Assembly (NCBI GenBank): GCA_017502875.1
Contig: JAFVUF010000001.1
Coordinates: 10,191-74,190, forward strand
Length of the DNA: 64,000 nt
Source of the DNA: Clostridia bacterium
Lineage (GTDB): Bacteria; Bacillota; Clostridia; Oscillospirales; CAG-272
Direction: 5' to 3'
The notes under the pieces are model-generated. The model searched no databases. It was not told the origin of the DNA and saw only the letters and a list, made by a program, of their open reading frames with translations. Positions 18,880-27,974 of the stretch are shown here, piece by piece. Within the stretch, counting starts at the first letter, position 1. Each line of letters opens with the position of its first letter. The position numbers were made by a program, and so were the translations under genes.

Positions 18880-20019
18880 TCAAAGCTCAAGATAGCTGCC
18901 GAGGAACTCGAAGCTTTCGCACTCTCCGCTTAGCGCGTCAAGCATATTAAGAACACGGTCATCGTAAGGAGCACCCTCGAAATCAAAGTAAAACTGCGCC
19001 TCGAAATCACTGCCCACTATTGGGCGGCTTTCAAGCTTTGTAAGGTTCAGACCCTCCGCGGTAAACTTGGCAAGGGTGTTGTAAAGCGCGCCGGGGGTGT
19101 GAGGGAGCGTGAGCATAATACTTATCTTGTTTGAACCGGGGAAGATATAATTGTGGTTTGAAATACAGATAAAACGGGTGAAGTTGTAGGAGGCATTTTG
19201 AACGCCGTCAATGAGACGGGTCAAGCCGTAAAGCTCGGCACACGACGAGGAGGCGATAGCCGCGACGTCATTTCTGCCGCTTTCCTTTATCAGCTTAGCG
19301 GCAACGGCGGTGTTAGCGCATTCAACGGGCTTTATATTCGGATTGGCTCTGAAAAACTCGCTGCACTGACCTATCGCCTGCGGATGAGAATAGACCTCGC
19401 GGATATCCTCAAGCTTTACTCCGTCGGCAACCAAAAGCGAGTGCTTTATCGGGAGCTTAAGCGCGCGGACGATATTGAATTTGTACTTTTTCATCAGGTC
19501 GTAAACGTCGATAACGGTGCCGTAGGTGCTGTTTTCTATCGGCAGAATACCGTACTCGCACACGTTATCGCGAACCGCAACGAAAACGTCCTCGAAGGTC
19601 TTAAAGTACTGTATCCTCTGCATACCGAACAGCTTGTCGGCGGCTATCTGGGAGTATGCGCCCTCAGTACCCTGACAGGCAACGGCAGCGCGGCTTGGGA
19701 ACACCTTCGGGGAAGCGCTGAGCGCCGCCTTGACCTTTTCGGATATCTCGGTATTTCTGCCGAGAACGGTGCTCTGATAGCTGCGGCTCAGGTCCATTAA
19801 AACCGAGTAGAAGGTCTTTACGTAGTTTTCAAACTCCGCGCCCGCCTTTTCGGTCATCTCGCCGAGAATTTCGCGCTCACGGGCGTGGTTTAATATCGGA
19901 AGCCCATGCTCAGCCTTGTATTCGGCCACTAAGCGACTTGCGTTCATTCTGCGAATGAAAAGCTTTAGCATTTCGTTATTTATTTTATCAATTTCTGCTC
20001 TGCATTCCTTTAAATCCAT
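18880..20019 (-). CDS. pheA: Bifunctional chorismate mutase / prephenate dehydratase
   Basis: N-terminal CM_2 domain (LKECRAEIDKINNEMLKLFIRRM), a PDT domain (VACQGTEGAYSQIAA) and a C-terminal ACT domain. Confidence 0.88.
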   Translation of the reverse strand: MDLKECRAEIDKINNEMLKLFIRRMNASRLVAEYKAEHGLPILNHAREREILGEMTEKAGAEFENYVKTFYSVLMDLSRSYQSTVLGRNTEISEKVKAALSASPKVFPSRAAVACQGTEGAYSQIAADKLFGMQRIQYFKTFEDVFVAVRDNVCEYGILPIENSTYGTVIDVYDLMKKYKFNIVRALKLPIKHSLLVADGVKLEDIREVYSHPQAIGQCSEFFRANPNIKPVECANTAVAAKLIKESGRNDVAAIASSSCAELYGLTRLIDGVQNASYNFTRFICISNHNYIFPGSNKISIMLTLPHTPGALYNTLAKFTAEGLNLTKLESRPIVGSDFEAQFYFDFEGAPYDDRVLNMLDALSGECESFEFLGSYLEL

Positions 20020-20057
20020 TGCTTTAAGTCCTTTTTGTGTTTTATATCACAAAAGAC

Positions 20058-20086
20058 ATTATAGCACATTTTTTTTGCCTTGTAAA
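20058..20086 (-). promoter_or_regulatory. Sigma-A-type promoter for pheA
   Basis: On the minus strand: TTTACA-17 nt-TATAAT, about 40 nt upstream of the pheA ATG. Confidence 0.4.
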
Positions 20087-20144
20087 GTCTTGCTTTTAAT
20101 TTTCAGCGAAAATATTTTATACTTTTCTTTGTAGCAAAGCCACC

Positions 20145-20173
20145 TTGACAAGCATATAAATATATGTTATAAT
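20145..20173 (+). promoter_or_regulatory. Sigma-A-type promoter for ruvCAB
   Basis: Consensus TTGACA-17 nt-TATAAT, 39 nt upstream of ruvC. Confidence 0.5.
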
Positions 20174-20211
20174 AAACTGAATATTTATATTTATATAACG
20201 GAGAAGAAAAA

Positions 20212-20712
20212 ATGAGAATTCTGGGAATAGACCCCGGATACGCGATAGTCGGATACGGAGTGGTTGACCTTAATCGCTCAAAGTTTACCCCCGTTGATTA
20301 CGGAGTGATAACCACGCCTGCAAAGATACCGATAGAGGACAGGCTTCTTTCTATTTACAATGAGGTCGGCGCTATAATGGATAAATACAAGCCGGACGCT
20401 ATGGCTGTTGAGGAGCTTTTCTTTAACTCCAACCACACCACCGCAATTCCGGTCGCTGAGGCAAGAGGCATTATATTGCTTGCCGCAAAGCAAAGAGGAA
20501 TACGTCAGTTTGAATACACGCCGCTTCAGGTAAAGAGCGCCGTTGTCGGCTACGGACGCGCCGAGAAAAATCAGGTCATCGCTATGACCACCTCACTTTT
20601 GGGACTTCCCAAGCCCCCGAAGCCCGACGACGCGGCTGACGCTCTCGCTATCGCTATCTGCCACGGAAATACGGGGGAGTCGGCGCTGGCGAAATTCTAC
20701 AATCTACGTTGA
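20212..20712 (+). CDS. ruvC: Crossover junction endodeoxyribonuclease RuvC
   Basis: MRILGIDPGYAIVGYGVVD...AVEELFF...DAADALAIAICH are the RuvC catalytic acidic residues and family blocks. Confidence 0.92.
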   Translation: MRILGIDPGYAIVGYGVVDLNRSKFTPVDYGVITTPAKIPIEDRLLSIYNEVGAIMDKYKPDAMAVEELFFNSNHTTAIPVAEARGIILLAAKQRGIRQFEYTPLQVKSAVVGYGRAEKNQVIAMTTSLLGLPKPPKPDDAADALAIAICHGNTGESALAKFYNLR

Positions 20713-20731
20713 AATCGAAGGAGAAAACGCT

Positions 20732-21349
20732 ATGTTTTACTACGTTAACGGAACTCTCGCCGCGCTTGAGGGCGGCATTGCCGTCGTTGACTGCGGCGGA
20801 GTAGGATATATGTGTAACGTCTGCGCCCGTACCGAGGCTAAGCTCGGTCAGTCGCTTGGCAAGACGGTGAAGCTTTATACATACCTCTCGGTAAGAGAGG
20901 ACGCGATGGAGCTTTTTGGGTTTGGCGACAGGAGTGAGCTTTCGATGTTCAAGCTTCTTATCTCGGTTTCGGGCGTAGGAGCGAGGACAGCGCTCGCAAT
21001 TCTCGGCGCGGTAACGCCAGAAAAGTTCGCTTACGCCGTTTCGGTAGGGGACGTTAAGAGCATAAAAGCGCCCGGTGTCGGGCCGAAGATAGCGGCAAGG
21101 ATAATTCTTGAGCTTAAAGATAAGATATCAAAGGACTTTGTAAGCGACGGAGACGGACTTGACGCCGCTGTTTTAGGCGCTTCCGCGCCCGCCGCGCCGC
21201 AGAGCAACAAGCTCACCGAAGCGAGAACGGCTCTTATGGCGCTCGGCTTTACTAAGAGCGAGGCTGAGGGACTTATGCGTAAGATAGACTGCACGAGGCT
21301 CAGCGTCGAGGACATAATAAGAGAAGCATTGAAGCAGCTTAACAGTTAA
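20732..21349 (+). CDS. ruvA: Holliday junction branch migration complex subunit RuvA
   Basis: An OB fold, HhH motifs (ISVSGVGARTALAIL, IKAPGVGPKIAARI) and the C-terminal domain III. Confidence 0.92.
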   Translation: MFYYVNGTLAALEGGIAVVDCGGVGYMCNVCARTEAKLGQSLGKTVKLYTYLSVREDAMELFGFGDRSELSMFKLLISVSGVGARTALAILGAVTPEKFAYAVSVGDVKSIKAPGVGPKIAARIILELKDKISKDFVSDGDGLDAAVLGASAPAAPQSNKLTEARTALMALGFTKSEAEGLMRKIDCTRLSVEDIIREALKQLNS

Positions 21350-21366
21350 AGGGGAGGAGAAGGTAA

Positions 21367-22467
21367 ATGGATCGCAATATTGACCTTGATGACGGCGAGT
21401 ACGATTTCGAAAGCCGTATAATCAGCTCAAGCTATAGCGGAGCAGAGGACGCCGAGACGGAATTTTCGCTTCGCCCCAAGACCCTTGACGAGTACGTCGG
21501 TCAGGAAAAGGCAAAGGAAAACCTTAAAGTGTATATTGAGGCGGCAAAGAGCAGAAGCGACGTGCTTGACCACGTGCTGCTTGCCGGACCTCCCGGACTT
21601 GGTAAGACAACGCTCGCTACGATAATAGCAAACGAGATGGGAGTGAACATAAAGGTAACGAGTGGTCCAGCAATTGAAAAGCCGGGCGACCTTGCCGCGC
21701 TTCTCACTAATCTCGGTGAAAACGATATACTCTTTATTGATGAGATACACCGTCTGCACAGAACCGTTGAGGAGGTTCTTTACTCCGCTATGGAGGACTA
21801 TGCTCTCGATATAATCATCGGTAAGGGACCGAGCGCGAGAAGCATAAGGCTTCCGCTGAATAAGTTTACCCTTATCGGAGCGACGACCAGAGCCGGACAG
21901 CTTTCCGCCCCTCTGCGCGACCGATTTGGAGTTCAGTTCAGGCTTCAGCTTTATACAAACGAGGAGCTTGCGCAGATAGTTACCCGTTCCGCAAGGCTTC
22001 TTGAAACGGGAATGTCGGCTGAGGGCGCTATGGAAATAGCCTCGCGTTCAAGAGGAACACCGCGTATCGCCAACAGACTTCTTAAAAGAGTACGGGATTT
22101 CGCTCAGGTAAAGGGAGACGGAGCAATCGACCGTAAAATAGCGGATTACGCCTTACAGCAGCTTGAAATAGACCATCTCGGACTTGACAATCTTGACAGG
22201 CGTATGCTTGAAACAATAATCAAGTTCTATGACGGAGGACCGGTTGGTCTTACGACTCTTGCCGCGACGATAGGCGAGGAGGCGATAACCCTTGAGGACG
22301 TTTACGAGCCGTACCTTATGCAGATAGGCTTTATTAACAGAACTCCAAGCGGAAGATGCGTAACCCGTCTCGCGTACGAGCATCTGGGATTACCGATGAT
22401 AAATACAAAGCAAAAGAAGGGGAATACGCCCGAGGGACAGCTTGGACTGTTTGACGAGGATAATTAA
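21367..22467 (+). CDS. ruvB: Holliday junction branch migration DNA helicase RuvB
   Basis: [14 protein letters not shown], Walker [12 protein letters not shown], Walker [10 protein letters not shown], and sensor motifs. Confidence 0.95.
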   Translation: MDRNIDLDDGEYDFESRIISSSYSGAEDAETEFSLRPKTLDEYVGQEKAKENLKVYIEAAKSRSDVLDHVLLAGPPGLGKTTLATIIANEMGVNIKVTSGPAIEKPGDLAALLTNLGENDILFIDEIHRLHRTVEEVLYSAMEDYALDIIIGKGPSARSIRLPLNKFTLIGATTRAGQLSAPLRDRFGVQFRLQLYTNEELAQIVTRSARLLETGMSAEGAMEIASRSRGTPRIANRLLKRVRDFAQVKGDGAIDRKIADYALQQLEIDHLGLDNLDRRMLETIIKFYDGGPVGLTTLAATIGEEAITLEDVYEPYLMQIGFINRTPSGRCVTRLAYEHLGLPMINTKQKKGNTPEGQLGLFDEDN

Positions 22468-22483
22468 AGGATATAATTAAGTT

Positions 22484-23362
22484 ATGTGGGCAGAAAAAAA
22501 TTGGCAGGATTACGAGCTTATAGATTGCAGTGATGGGGAGCGCCTTGAGCGCTGGGGAAAATATATCCTTATCCGTCCCGACCCGCAGGTAATCTGGAAG
22601 GGAATAAAAAGGAGTCCGATGTGGAAAAAGGCGGACGCCGTGTATTCGCGCTCAAGAAGCGGCGGCGGAAGCTGGTCGGAGAGCAGACTTCCGCAGGAAT
22701 GGAAAATATCCTTTCCTCTCGGTAACGAAAAGGCCGCGCGCTTTATAATCAAACCTACGGGCTTTAAGCATACGGGCTTGTTTCCCGAGCAGGCGACAAA
22801 CTGGAATTGGTTTTATAACCTGATAAAGAATTCGGGCAGAAAAATCAAGGTGCTTAACCTTTTCGCGTATACGGGCGGAGCGACTGTTGCCTGCGCTATG
22901 GCGGGCGCGGAGGTATGCCACGTTGACGCTTCAAAGGGAATGGTAGCTCAGGCAAAGCAGAATATGGCGCTTAACGGTCTTACGGACGCCCCCGTCCGTT
23001 ATATCGTTGACGACTGCAAGAAGTTCTGCGAAAGAGAGATAAGACGCGGTAACCGCTACGACGCTATTATAATGGACCCGCCCTCCTATGGCAGAGGTCC
23101 AAACGGTGAGGTCTGGAAGCTTGAGGAGAGCATAAGCGAGCTTTTAAAGATAACGGCTCAGGTGCTTTCCGATAACCCGCTGTTCTTCCTGCTTAACTCC
23201 TACACGACGGGGCTTTCCGCCGCGACAGTCGGATATCTGCTTGATACCGTCTTAAAGGATAAATTCGGCGGTCATACGGAGAGTGAGGAGATAGGTCTTT
23301 GCGTAACGCAAACGGGTGGGGTATTGCCAAGCGGCGCCTCGGCTCGCTGGGTAGCGGACTGA
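22484..23362 (+). CDS. Class I SAM-dependent methyltransferase (RlmI/PF10672-like)
   Basis: SAM-binding motif VLNLFAYTGGATVACA and the catalytic-site block IIMDPPSYG. Confidence 0.7.
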   Translation: MWAEKNWQDYELIDCSDGERLERWGKYILIRPDPQVIWKGIKRSPMWKKADAVYSRSRSGGGSWSESRLPQEWKISFPLGNEKAARFIIKPTGFKHTGLFPEQATNWNWFYNLIKNSGRKIKVLNLFAYTGGATVACAMAGAEVCHVDASKGMVAQAKQNMALNGLTDAPVRYIVDDCKKFCEREIRRGNRYDAIIMDPPSYGRGPNGEVWKLEESISELLKITAQVLSDNPLFFLLNSYTTGLSAATVGYLLDTVLKDKFGGHTESEEIGLCVTQTGGVLPSGASARWVAD

Positions 23363-23435
23363 AAAAATTAAGAGTTAAGAGAGAAAAGAGAAACGGTTGA
23401 TTTTGCTCTGCGAAATCTTCATTTTGAGTGAGAAA

Positions 23436-24305
23436 ATGAGAGAACCATTTATAAAATTTGAAAACGTATCGTACTCCTACGAGGGAGACGAGGAGGGAAT
23501 TCTGCTTCCCCCCGTGCTTAAAAACGTGAGCTTTGAAATAGAGAAGGGCTCGTTTGTCGCGGTGCTTGGTCATAACGGAAGCGGAAAATCAACCCTTGCC
23601 AAGCTTATAAATATGATACTTTATCCCACCGAGGGAAGAATATATATTGACGGTAGGGACATAACCGATGAGAATATGACCGAGGACGACGTATACGATA
23701 TACGCCGCCGCATCGGTATGGTGTTTCAGAACCCCGATAATCAGCTCGTCGCAACGGTAGTGGAGGAGGACGTCGCCTTCGGTCCGGAAAATCTCGGAGT
23801 TGAGCCGAGTGAGATAAGACGACGTGTTGACGAGGCTCTGGAAACTGTTGGAATGAGTGAGTTTAAGCGTCATTCCCCTCATCAACTTTCGGGCGGACAA
23901 AAGCAGAGAATAGCCATAGCCGGAATAATCGCTATGCTGCCTGAGTGTATAGTTTTTGACGAGTCCACCGCTATGCTTGACCCAAGAGGAAGAGCTGAGG
24001 TGATGGATACCATTGAGCGCCTCAACCGAGAAAACGGAATAACGGTTTTGCATATTACGCATAATATGGACGAGGCGGTCAGAGCCGACAGAGTTATCGT
24101 TATAAACGACGGCAGGATATGTATTGACGGTACTCCTAAGGAGGTATTTTCAAGCGTTGAGCAGCTGCGCTTAGTAGGTCTTGACGTGCCGCAGGTTACG
24201 GAGCTTCTTTACGACCTTGAAAATTGCGGCTTTGACGTTGATCATACAGAGCTTGACGAGGAAAAATGTGCCGACGCTCTCGCAAAGCTTATTTTAGGCA
24301 GATAA
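23436..24305 (+). CDS. ecfA1: Energy-coupling factor transporter ATPase EcfA1
   Basis: Walker A GHNGSGKST, signature LSGGQKQRIAIAG, Walker B IVFDEST. The conserved ecfA1-ecfA2-ecfT-truA order supports the call. The start is set at ATG 23436 (MREPFIKFENVSY). Confidence 0.9.
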   Translation: MREPFIKFENVSYSYEGDEEGILLPPVLKNVSFEIEKGSFVAVLGHNGSGKSTLAKLINMILYPTEGRIYIDGRDITDENMTEDDVYDIRRRIGMVFQNPDNQLVATVVEEDVAFGPENLGVEPSEIRRRVDEALETVGMSEFKRHSPHQLSGGQKQRIAIAGIIAMLPECIVFDESTAMLDPRGRAEVMDTIERLNRENGITVLHITHNMDEAVRADRVIVINDGRICIDGTPKEVFSSVEQLRLVGLDVPQVTELLYDLENCGFDVDHTELDEEKCADALAKLILGR

Positions 24306-24338
24306 ACTAAGAGAAAACAGGTAAGAGAAAATAAAAAA

Positions 24339-25211
24339 ATGAACGCTCTTGAACTAAGGAATATAGAATATACATACAGTAAAAACACGCCGTTTGAAAA
24401 CACGGCGTTAAAAGGCGTTACGGTGGCTTTCGAGCAGGGAAGGGTCAACGGTCTTATAGGTCATACCGGAAGCGGAAAGTCTACTCTCGTTCAGATGATG
24501 AACGGTCTGCTGAAGCCAGACGCAGGCGAGGTGATTCTCGCGGGCAAAAACATCTGGGATGAGCCTAAAAAGATAAGAGACGCGCGTTTTCGGTGCGGAC
24601 TTGTGTTTCAGTATCCGGAATATCAGCTTTTCGAGGAAACCTGCGAAAAGGATATAGCCTTCGGCCCCAAAAATATGGGACTTGATGCGGACGAGATAAA
24701 CAGGCGTGTGTTTTCGGCGGCGGATTTCGTTGGGCTTGATAGGGATATACTGCAAAAATCACCCTTTGAGCTTTCGGGCGGACAAAAGAGGAGAGTCGCG
24801 CTTGCGGGAGTTATGGCAATGGAGCCTGAGGTTCTTGTGCTTGACGAGCCTGCGGCGGGGCTTGACCCAATAGGAAGGACCGAAATATTCGGCGGCATAA
24901 GGCGCTATCAGAGAACCAAGGGAAATACCGTAATAATAGTAAGCCACAGTATGGAGGACGTAGCCGAGTACTGCGATACCTTGACTGTGCTCAAAAACGG
25001 TGAGGTTCTGCGCTCAGGAAGCTGCGCCGAGGTTTTTGCTTACGAAAAAGAGCTTACCGAATCGGGACTTGGAGTTCCGCAGATAACGAGATTTATGCGT
25101 CTTCTCCGTGAAAGAGGGGTAAAAGTTGCCGAGGACATCTATACAGTAGACGCGGCGTTTGACGAGCTTAGGCGTATCCTCGATGGAAAGAGGGGTGGCG
25201 CAGATGCTTAA
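24339..25211 (+). CDS. ecfA2: Energy-coupling factor transporter ATPase EcfA2
   Basis: Walker A GHTGSGKST, signature LSGGQKRRVALAG, Walker B LVLDEPAAGLD. Confidence 0.9.
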   Translation: MNALELRNIEYTYSKNTPFENTALKGVTVAFEQGRVNGLIGHTGSGKSTLVQMMNGLLKPDAGEVILAGKNIWDEPKKIRDARFRCGLVFQYPEYQLFEETCEKDIAFGPKNMGLDADEINRRVFSAADFVGLDRDILQKSPFELSGGQKRRVALAGVMAMEPEVLVLDEPAAGLDPIGRTEIFGGIRRYQRTKGNTVIIVSHSMEDVAEYCDTLTVLKNGEVLRSGSCAEVFAYEKELTESGLGVPQITRFMRLLRERGVKVAEDIYTVDAAFDELRRILDGKRGGADA

Positions 25212-26043
25212 AGACATCACCTTAGGTCAGTTTTTCCCCGGCAATTCCGTTCTGCACAGAGCCGACCCGAGAATGAAGATAATATTAGCTATTATATATA
25301 TCGTGTTTGTTTTTCTCGCGAAAAACTCGGCGGCGTATCTTCTTGCCGTCGGCTTTACGGTGCTTTTGGTGCTGCTGAGCCGTATAAAGCTCAGTGTCGT
25401 GCTTAAAGGACTTAAACCGCTGCTATTTATAATGGTGTTTACTGCGTTTTTCAATATTTTCTGGACTAAGGGCGAGACCGTTCCGCTGTTTTCCTACGGT
25501 ATAATCACAATTTACCGAGAGGGGCTTTGGTTTGCGGCGGTAATGATAATAAGAGTTGCCTGTATACTTGCGGGAAGCTCGGTGATACTTACCTATACCA
25601 CCTCCCCCATATCGTTAACCGACGGAATCGAGCGTCTGCTTAAGCCCTTGAAGGTGATTCACGTGCCCGTTCACGAGTTTGCTATGATGATGACCATAGC
25701 TCTGCGCTTTATTCCTACGCTTATCGAGGAAACCGATAAGATAATGAACGCGCAGAAGGCAAGGGGCGCTGATTTTAATTCCGGCGGACTTGTAAAAAGA
25801 GCCAAGGCGCTTCTGCCCGTACTTATTCCGCTGTTTGCCTCCTCATTCCGCCGTGCGGGTGAGCTTGCTACCGCAATGGAGTGTCGATGCTACCGAGGAG
25901 ATAACGGCAGAACGAGAATGACTAAGCTCCGTTACAGCGGAATAGACATAGTGCTGCTGATTTTGTTTGCCGCGTTCGGTACGGGAATAATTCTTATGAA
26001 TATCCATCTCGGCTTTTTCCTTAATTTCGGTATGGTACTATGA
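25204..26043 (+). CDS. ecfT: Energy-coupling factor transporter transmembrane protein EcfT
   Basis: Polytopic CbiQ-family protein (LHRADPRMKI...ARGADF...). ATG 25204 overlaps the ecfA2 stop by 8 nt. Confidence 0.88.
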   Translation: MLKDITLGQFFPGNSVLHRADPRMKIILAIIYIVFVFLAKNSAAYLLAVGFTVLLVLLSRIKLSVVLKGLKPLLFIMVFTAFFNIFWTKGETVPLFSYGIITIYREGLWFAAVMIIRVACILAGSSVILTYTTSPISLTDGIERLLKPLKVIHVPVHEFAMMMTIALRFIPTLIEETDKIMNAQKARGADFNSGGLVKRAKALLPVLIPLFASSFRRAGELATAMECRCYRGDNGRTRMTKLRYSGIDIVLLILFAAFGTGIILMNIHLGFFLNFGMVL

Positions 26044-26780
26044 AATATCTGATTAAAATTGCCTATAACGGCGCAAATTACTGCGGTTGGCAGGTTCAGA
26101 AGAACGGAGTAAGCGTTCAGGGTGAGATGTGCCGAGCCGCAAAAGAGATTTTCGGCGACGGAGTAAAGGTAACGGGCTGCTCAAGGACGGATAGCGGCGT
26201 GCACGCAAGGGAATACTTTTGTACGCTTGAAACGTTGTCAAGCGCGCCCGTAATCCCCGAAAATCAGCTTCCGAGGGCGCTGAACCGATATTTAAGCGAG
26301 GATATAACAGTCTTTTCCGCTAAAGCGGTTGACAAGAGCTTTCACGCTCGTTACGACGTAAAGGAAAAGACCTACGAGTACGTTTTTGATAACGGTGAGC
26401 AGAGAGACCCGTTTCTTTTTGGCAGAGCCTGGCATATTCCGAAAAGGCTTGACGAGGCGAAAATGAACGCCGCCGCTAAGTGTTTTATAGGAGAGTACGA
26501 TTTTTCGGCGTTTATGGCGAGTGGCTCGTCCGTTACCGATACCGTAAGACACGTTACGGGCGCTGAGGTAACCCGCGAGGGCGATAAGGTTATTTTCAGA
26601 GTTACCGCGAACGGCTTTCTTTACAATATGGTAAGGATAATGGCGGGTACACTGCGCGACGTCTCGATAGGAAAGCTTGCGGTCGGCGATATTAAGAGCA
26701 TAATTTTAGGCGGAGACAGAAAAAAGGCGGGACTTACCGCGCCGCCTGACGGACTTTATCTTATCAAGGTGGTGTACTGA
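26040..26780 (+). CDS. truA: tRNA pseudouridine(38-40) synthase TruA
   Basis: IAYNGANYCGWQVQ...GCSRTDSGVHA (catalytic Asp)...GFLYNMVRIMAG. Confidence 0.92.
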   Translation: MKYLIKIAYNGANYCGWQVQKNGVSVQGEMCRAAKEIFGDGVKVTGCSRTDSGVHAREYFCTLETLSSAPVIPENQLPRALNRYLSEDITVFSAKAVDKSFHARYDVKEKTYEYVFDNGEQRDPFLFGRAWHIPKRLDEAKMNAAAKCFIGEYDFSAFMASGSSVTDTVRHVTGAEVTREGDKVIFRVTANGFLYNMVRIMAGTLRDVSIGKLAVGDIKSIILGGDRKKAGLTAPPDGLYLIKVVY

Positions 26781-26826
26781 GAGCACCGCCTTCGCTTACA
26801 TATCTTTATGAAAGGAGAATAGGCGT

Positions 26827-27591
26827 ATGGGAAATTTATTTGATATTGCGCTGATACTTGCGTTTGCTGCTTCGGTCTTTTTCTGCTACAAGCTTGGATT
26901 TTTCAAGCTTATAAGACCGTTTCGAAAGCTTGCGGCGTTTGTGCTGGCGTGGAGCTTGAAGGATAGTGCTATTGTGCGTGGCACGGTAGGTAAGCTTATA
27001 AACGCAGATGGCTTTAAGGCGTTCCTGAACGGCAGAGTGAACGCTCTGTGGGGAGAGCGTATAAAGACCGCCGCAAGCGCTGACGGAGTATCTATTTCGG
27101 AGCGATTTGACAACGTATTCGGATTTCTGGGTGAGATATTCGCAAATATAAAAAGCTTTTGTATAGCGCTTTACGATAAGGAGCTTGCAGCGAGTATCCC
27201 TAACGATACGGTTCCGTTTTCGGAAAAGCTGGAAGCATTCGTTATGGAGGTTACGGATTATATAACGGGAGCCGCGGTAGGATTTCTGACCGCGCTTTCG
27301 GGATTTATATTGCTTTATATAATCTTCTCTGTTTCGTTTTGGCTTGTCGCCAAGCTTCTTGACGGTATATTCAGCGACGGCGTTTTCGGTCTTCTGAACA
27401 GATGTATAGGAGGCGCGGTAGGAATTCTGTACGGATTTCTTATCGCTTGGGCGCTTTCCCTTGCGTTTGTTTTGCTTATTCCGCTTATTACCACGGTAAG
27501 TCAGGAGAGCGTACTCAGCGGAGTGATGGGAGTAACCGAATGGTTTTACACTAAGTTTTTTATTTCGCAGCTGCTTGGAATAACATTATAA
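26827..27591 (+). CDS. CvpA family membrane protein
   Basis: The N-terminus MGNLFDIALILAFAASVFFCYKLGFFKLI and the multi-TM layout resemble the colicin V production (CvpA) family. Confidence 0.6.
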   Translation: MGNLFDIALILAFAASVFFCYKLGFFKLIRPFRKLAAFVLAWSLKDSAIVRGTVGKLINADGFKAFLNGRVNALWGERIKTAASADGVSISERFDNVFGFLGEIFANIKSFCIALYDKELAASIPNDTVPFSEKLEAFVMEVTDYITGAAVGFLTALSGFILLYIIFSVSFWLVAKLLDGIFSDGVFGLLNRCIGGAVGILYGFLIAWALSLAFVLLIPLITTVSQESVLSGVMGVTEWFYTKFFISQLLGITL

Positions 27592-27640
27592 AACAAAGGC
27601 GGAAGCTCATTTAGTGTAAGTTTATAACGAAGATTTAGAA

Positions 27641-27690
27641 AAAAGCACTTATGATAACGAAAAATCGTTTGTCATAAGTGCTTTTGCGTT
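27641..27690 (+). terminator. Intrinsic terminator of the cvpA-like gene
   Basis: Long hairpin AAAGCACTTATGA...TCATAAGTGCTTT with the inner stem AACGA-AAAA-TCGTT, followed by a T-rich tract. Confidence 0.7.
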
Positions 27691-27699
27691 ACTTTTATC

Positions 27700-27955
27700 T
27701 TATTTGCCCGATGGTTACGGTGAAGTTTTTGCTGTTGCAAAAGTGAAGTTTCTTTGCAGTGAAGTTTGCTGCTTTGCAAAGCAAAGTAGCAAGTGAAGTT
27801 AAGTTTACCCACTATGCCGTGGTTTTGCTATGCAAAACCGGCAAAACTTCACTATCCGCAGGATAACTTCACTTACATAGTAAATTTCACTTGCCCGTAA
27901 GGGCAAACTTAGTTAATGGGCGTACTCGAAAACTGCGTTTTCGGTCGCGCCCATT
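27700..27955. repeat. Intergenic array of GTGAAGTT / AACTTCAC words and short hairpins
   Basis: GTGAAGTT occurs at 27720, 27743, 27759 and 27793. AACTTCAC occurs at 27845 and 27865, with the variant AATTTCAC at 27883. Hairpins lie at 27821-27839, 27891-27906 and 27918-27952. Confidence 0.7.
27852..27917 (+). repeat. Structured intergenic repeat module, copy 2 (paralogue of 18794-18879)
   Basis: Collinear with 18794-18854 (about 77% identity by hand count). Its hairpin TTGCCC-GTAA-GGGCAA differs from the copy 1 hairpin TTGCCA-GAAA-TGGCAA by a compensatory pair change, and both loops are GNRA. Confidence 0.5.
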
Positions 27956-27974
27956 TACGAGCTTCCGTATTTGT

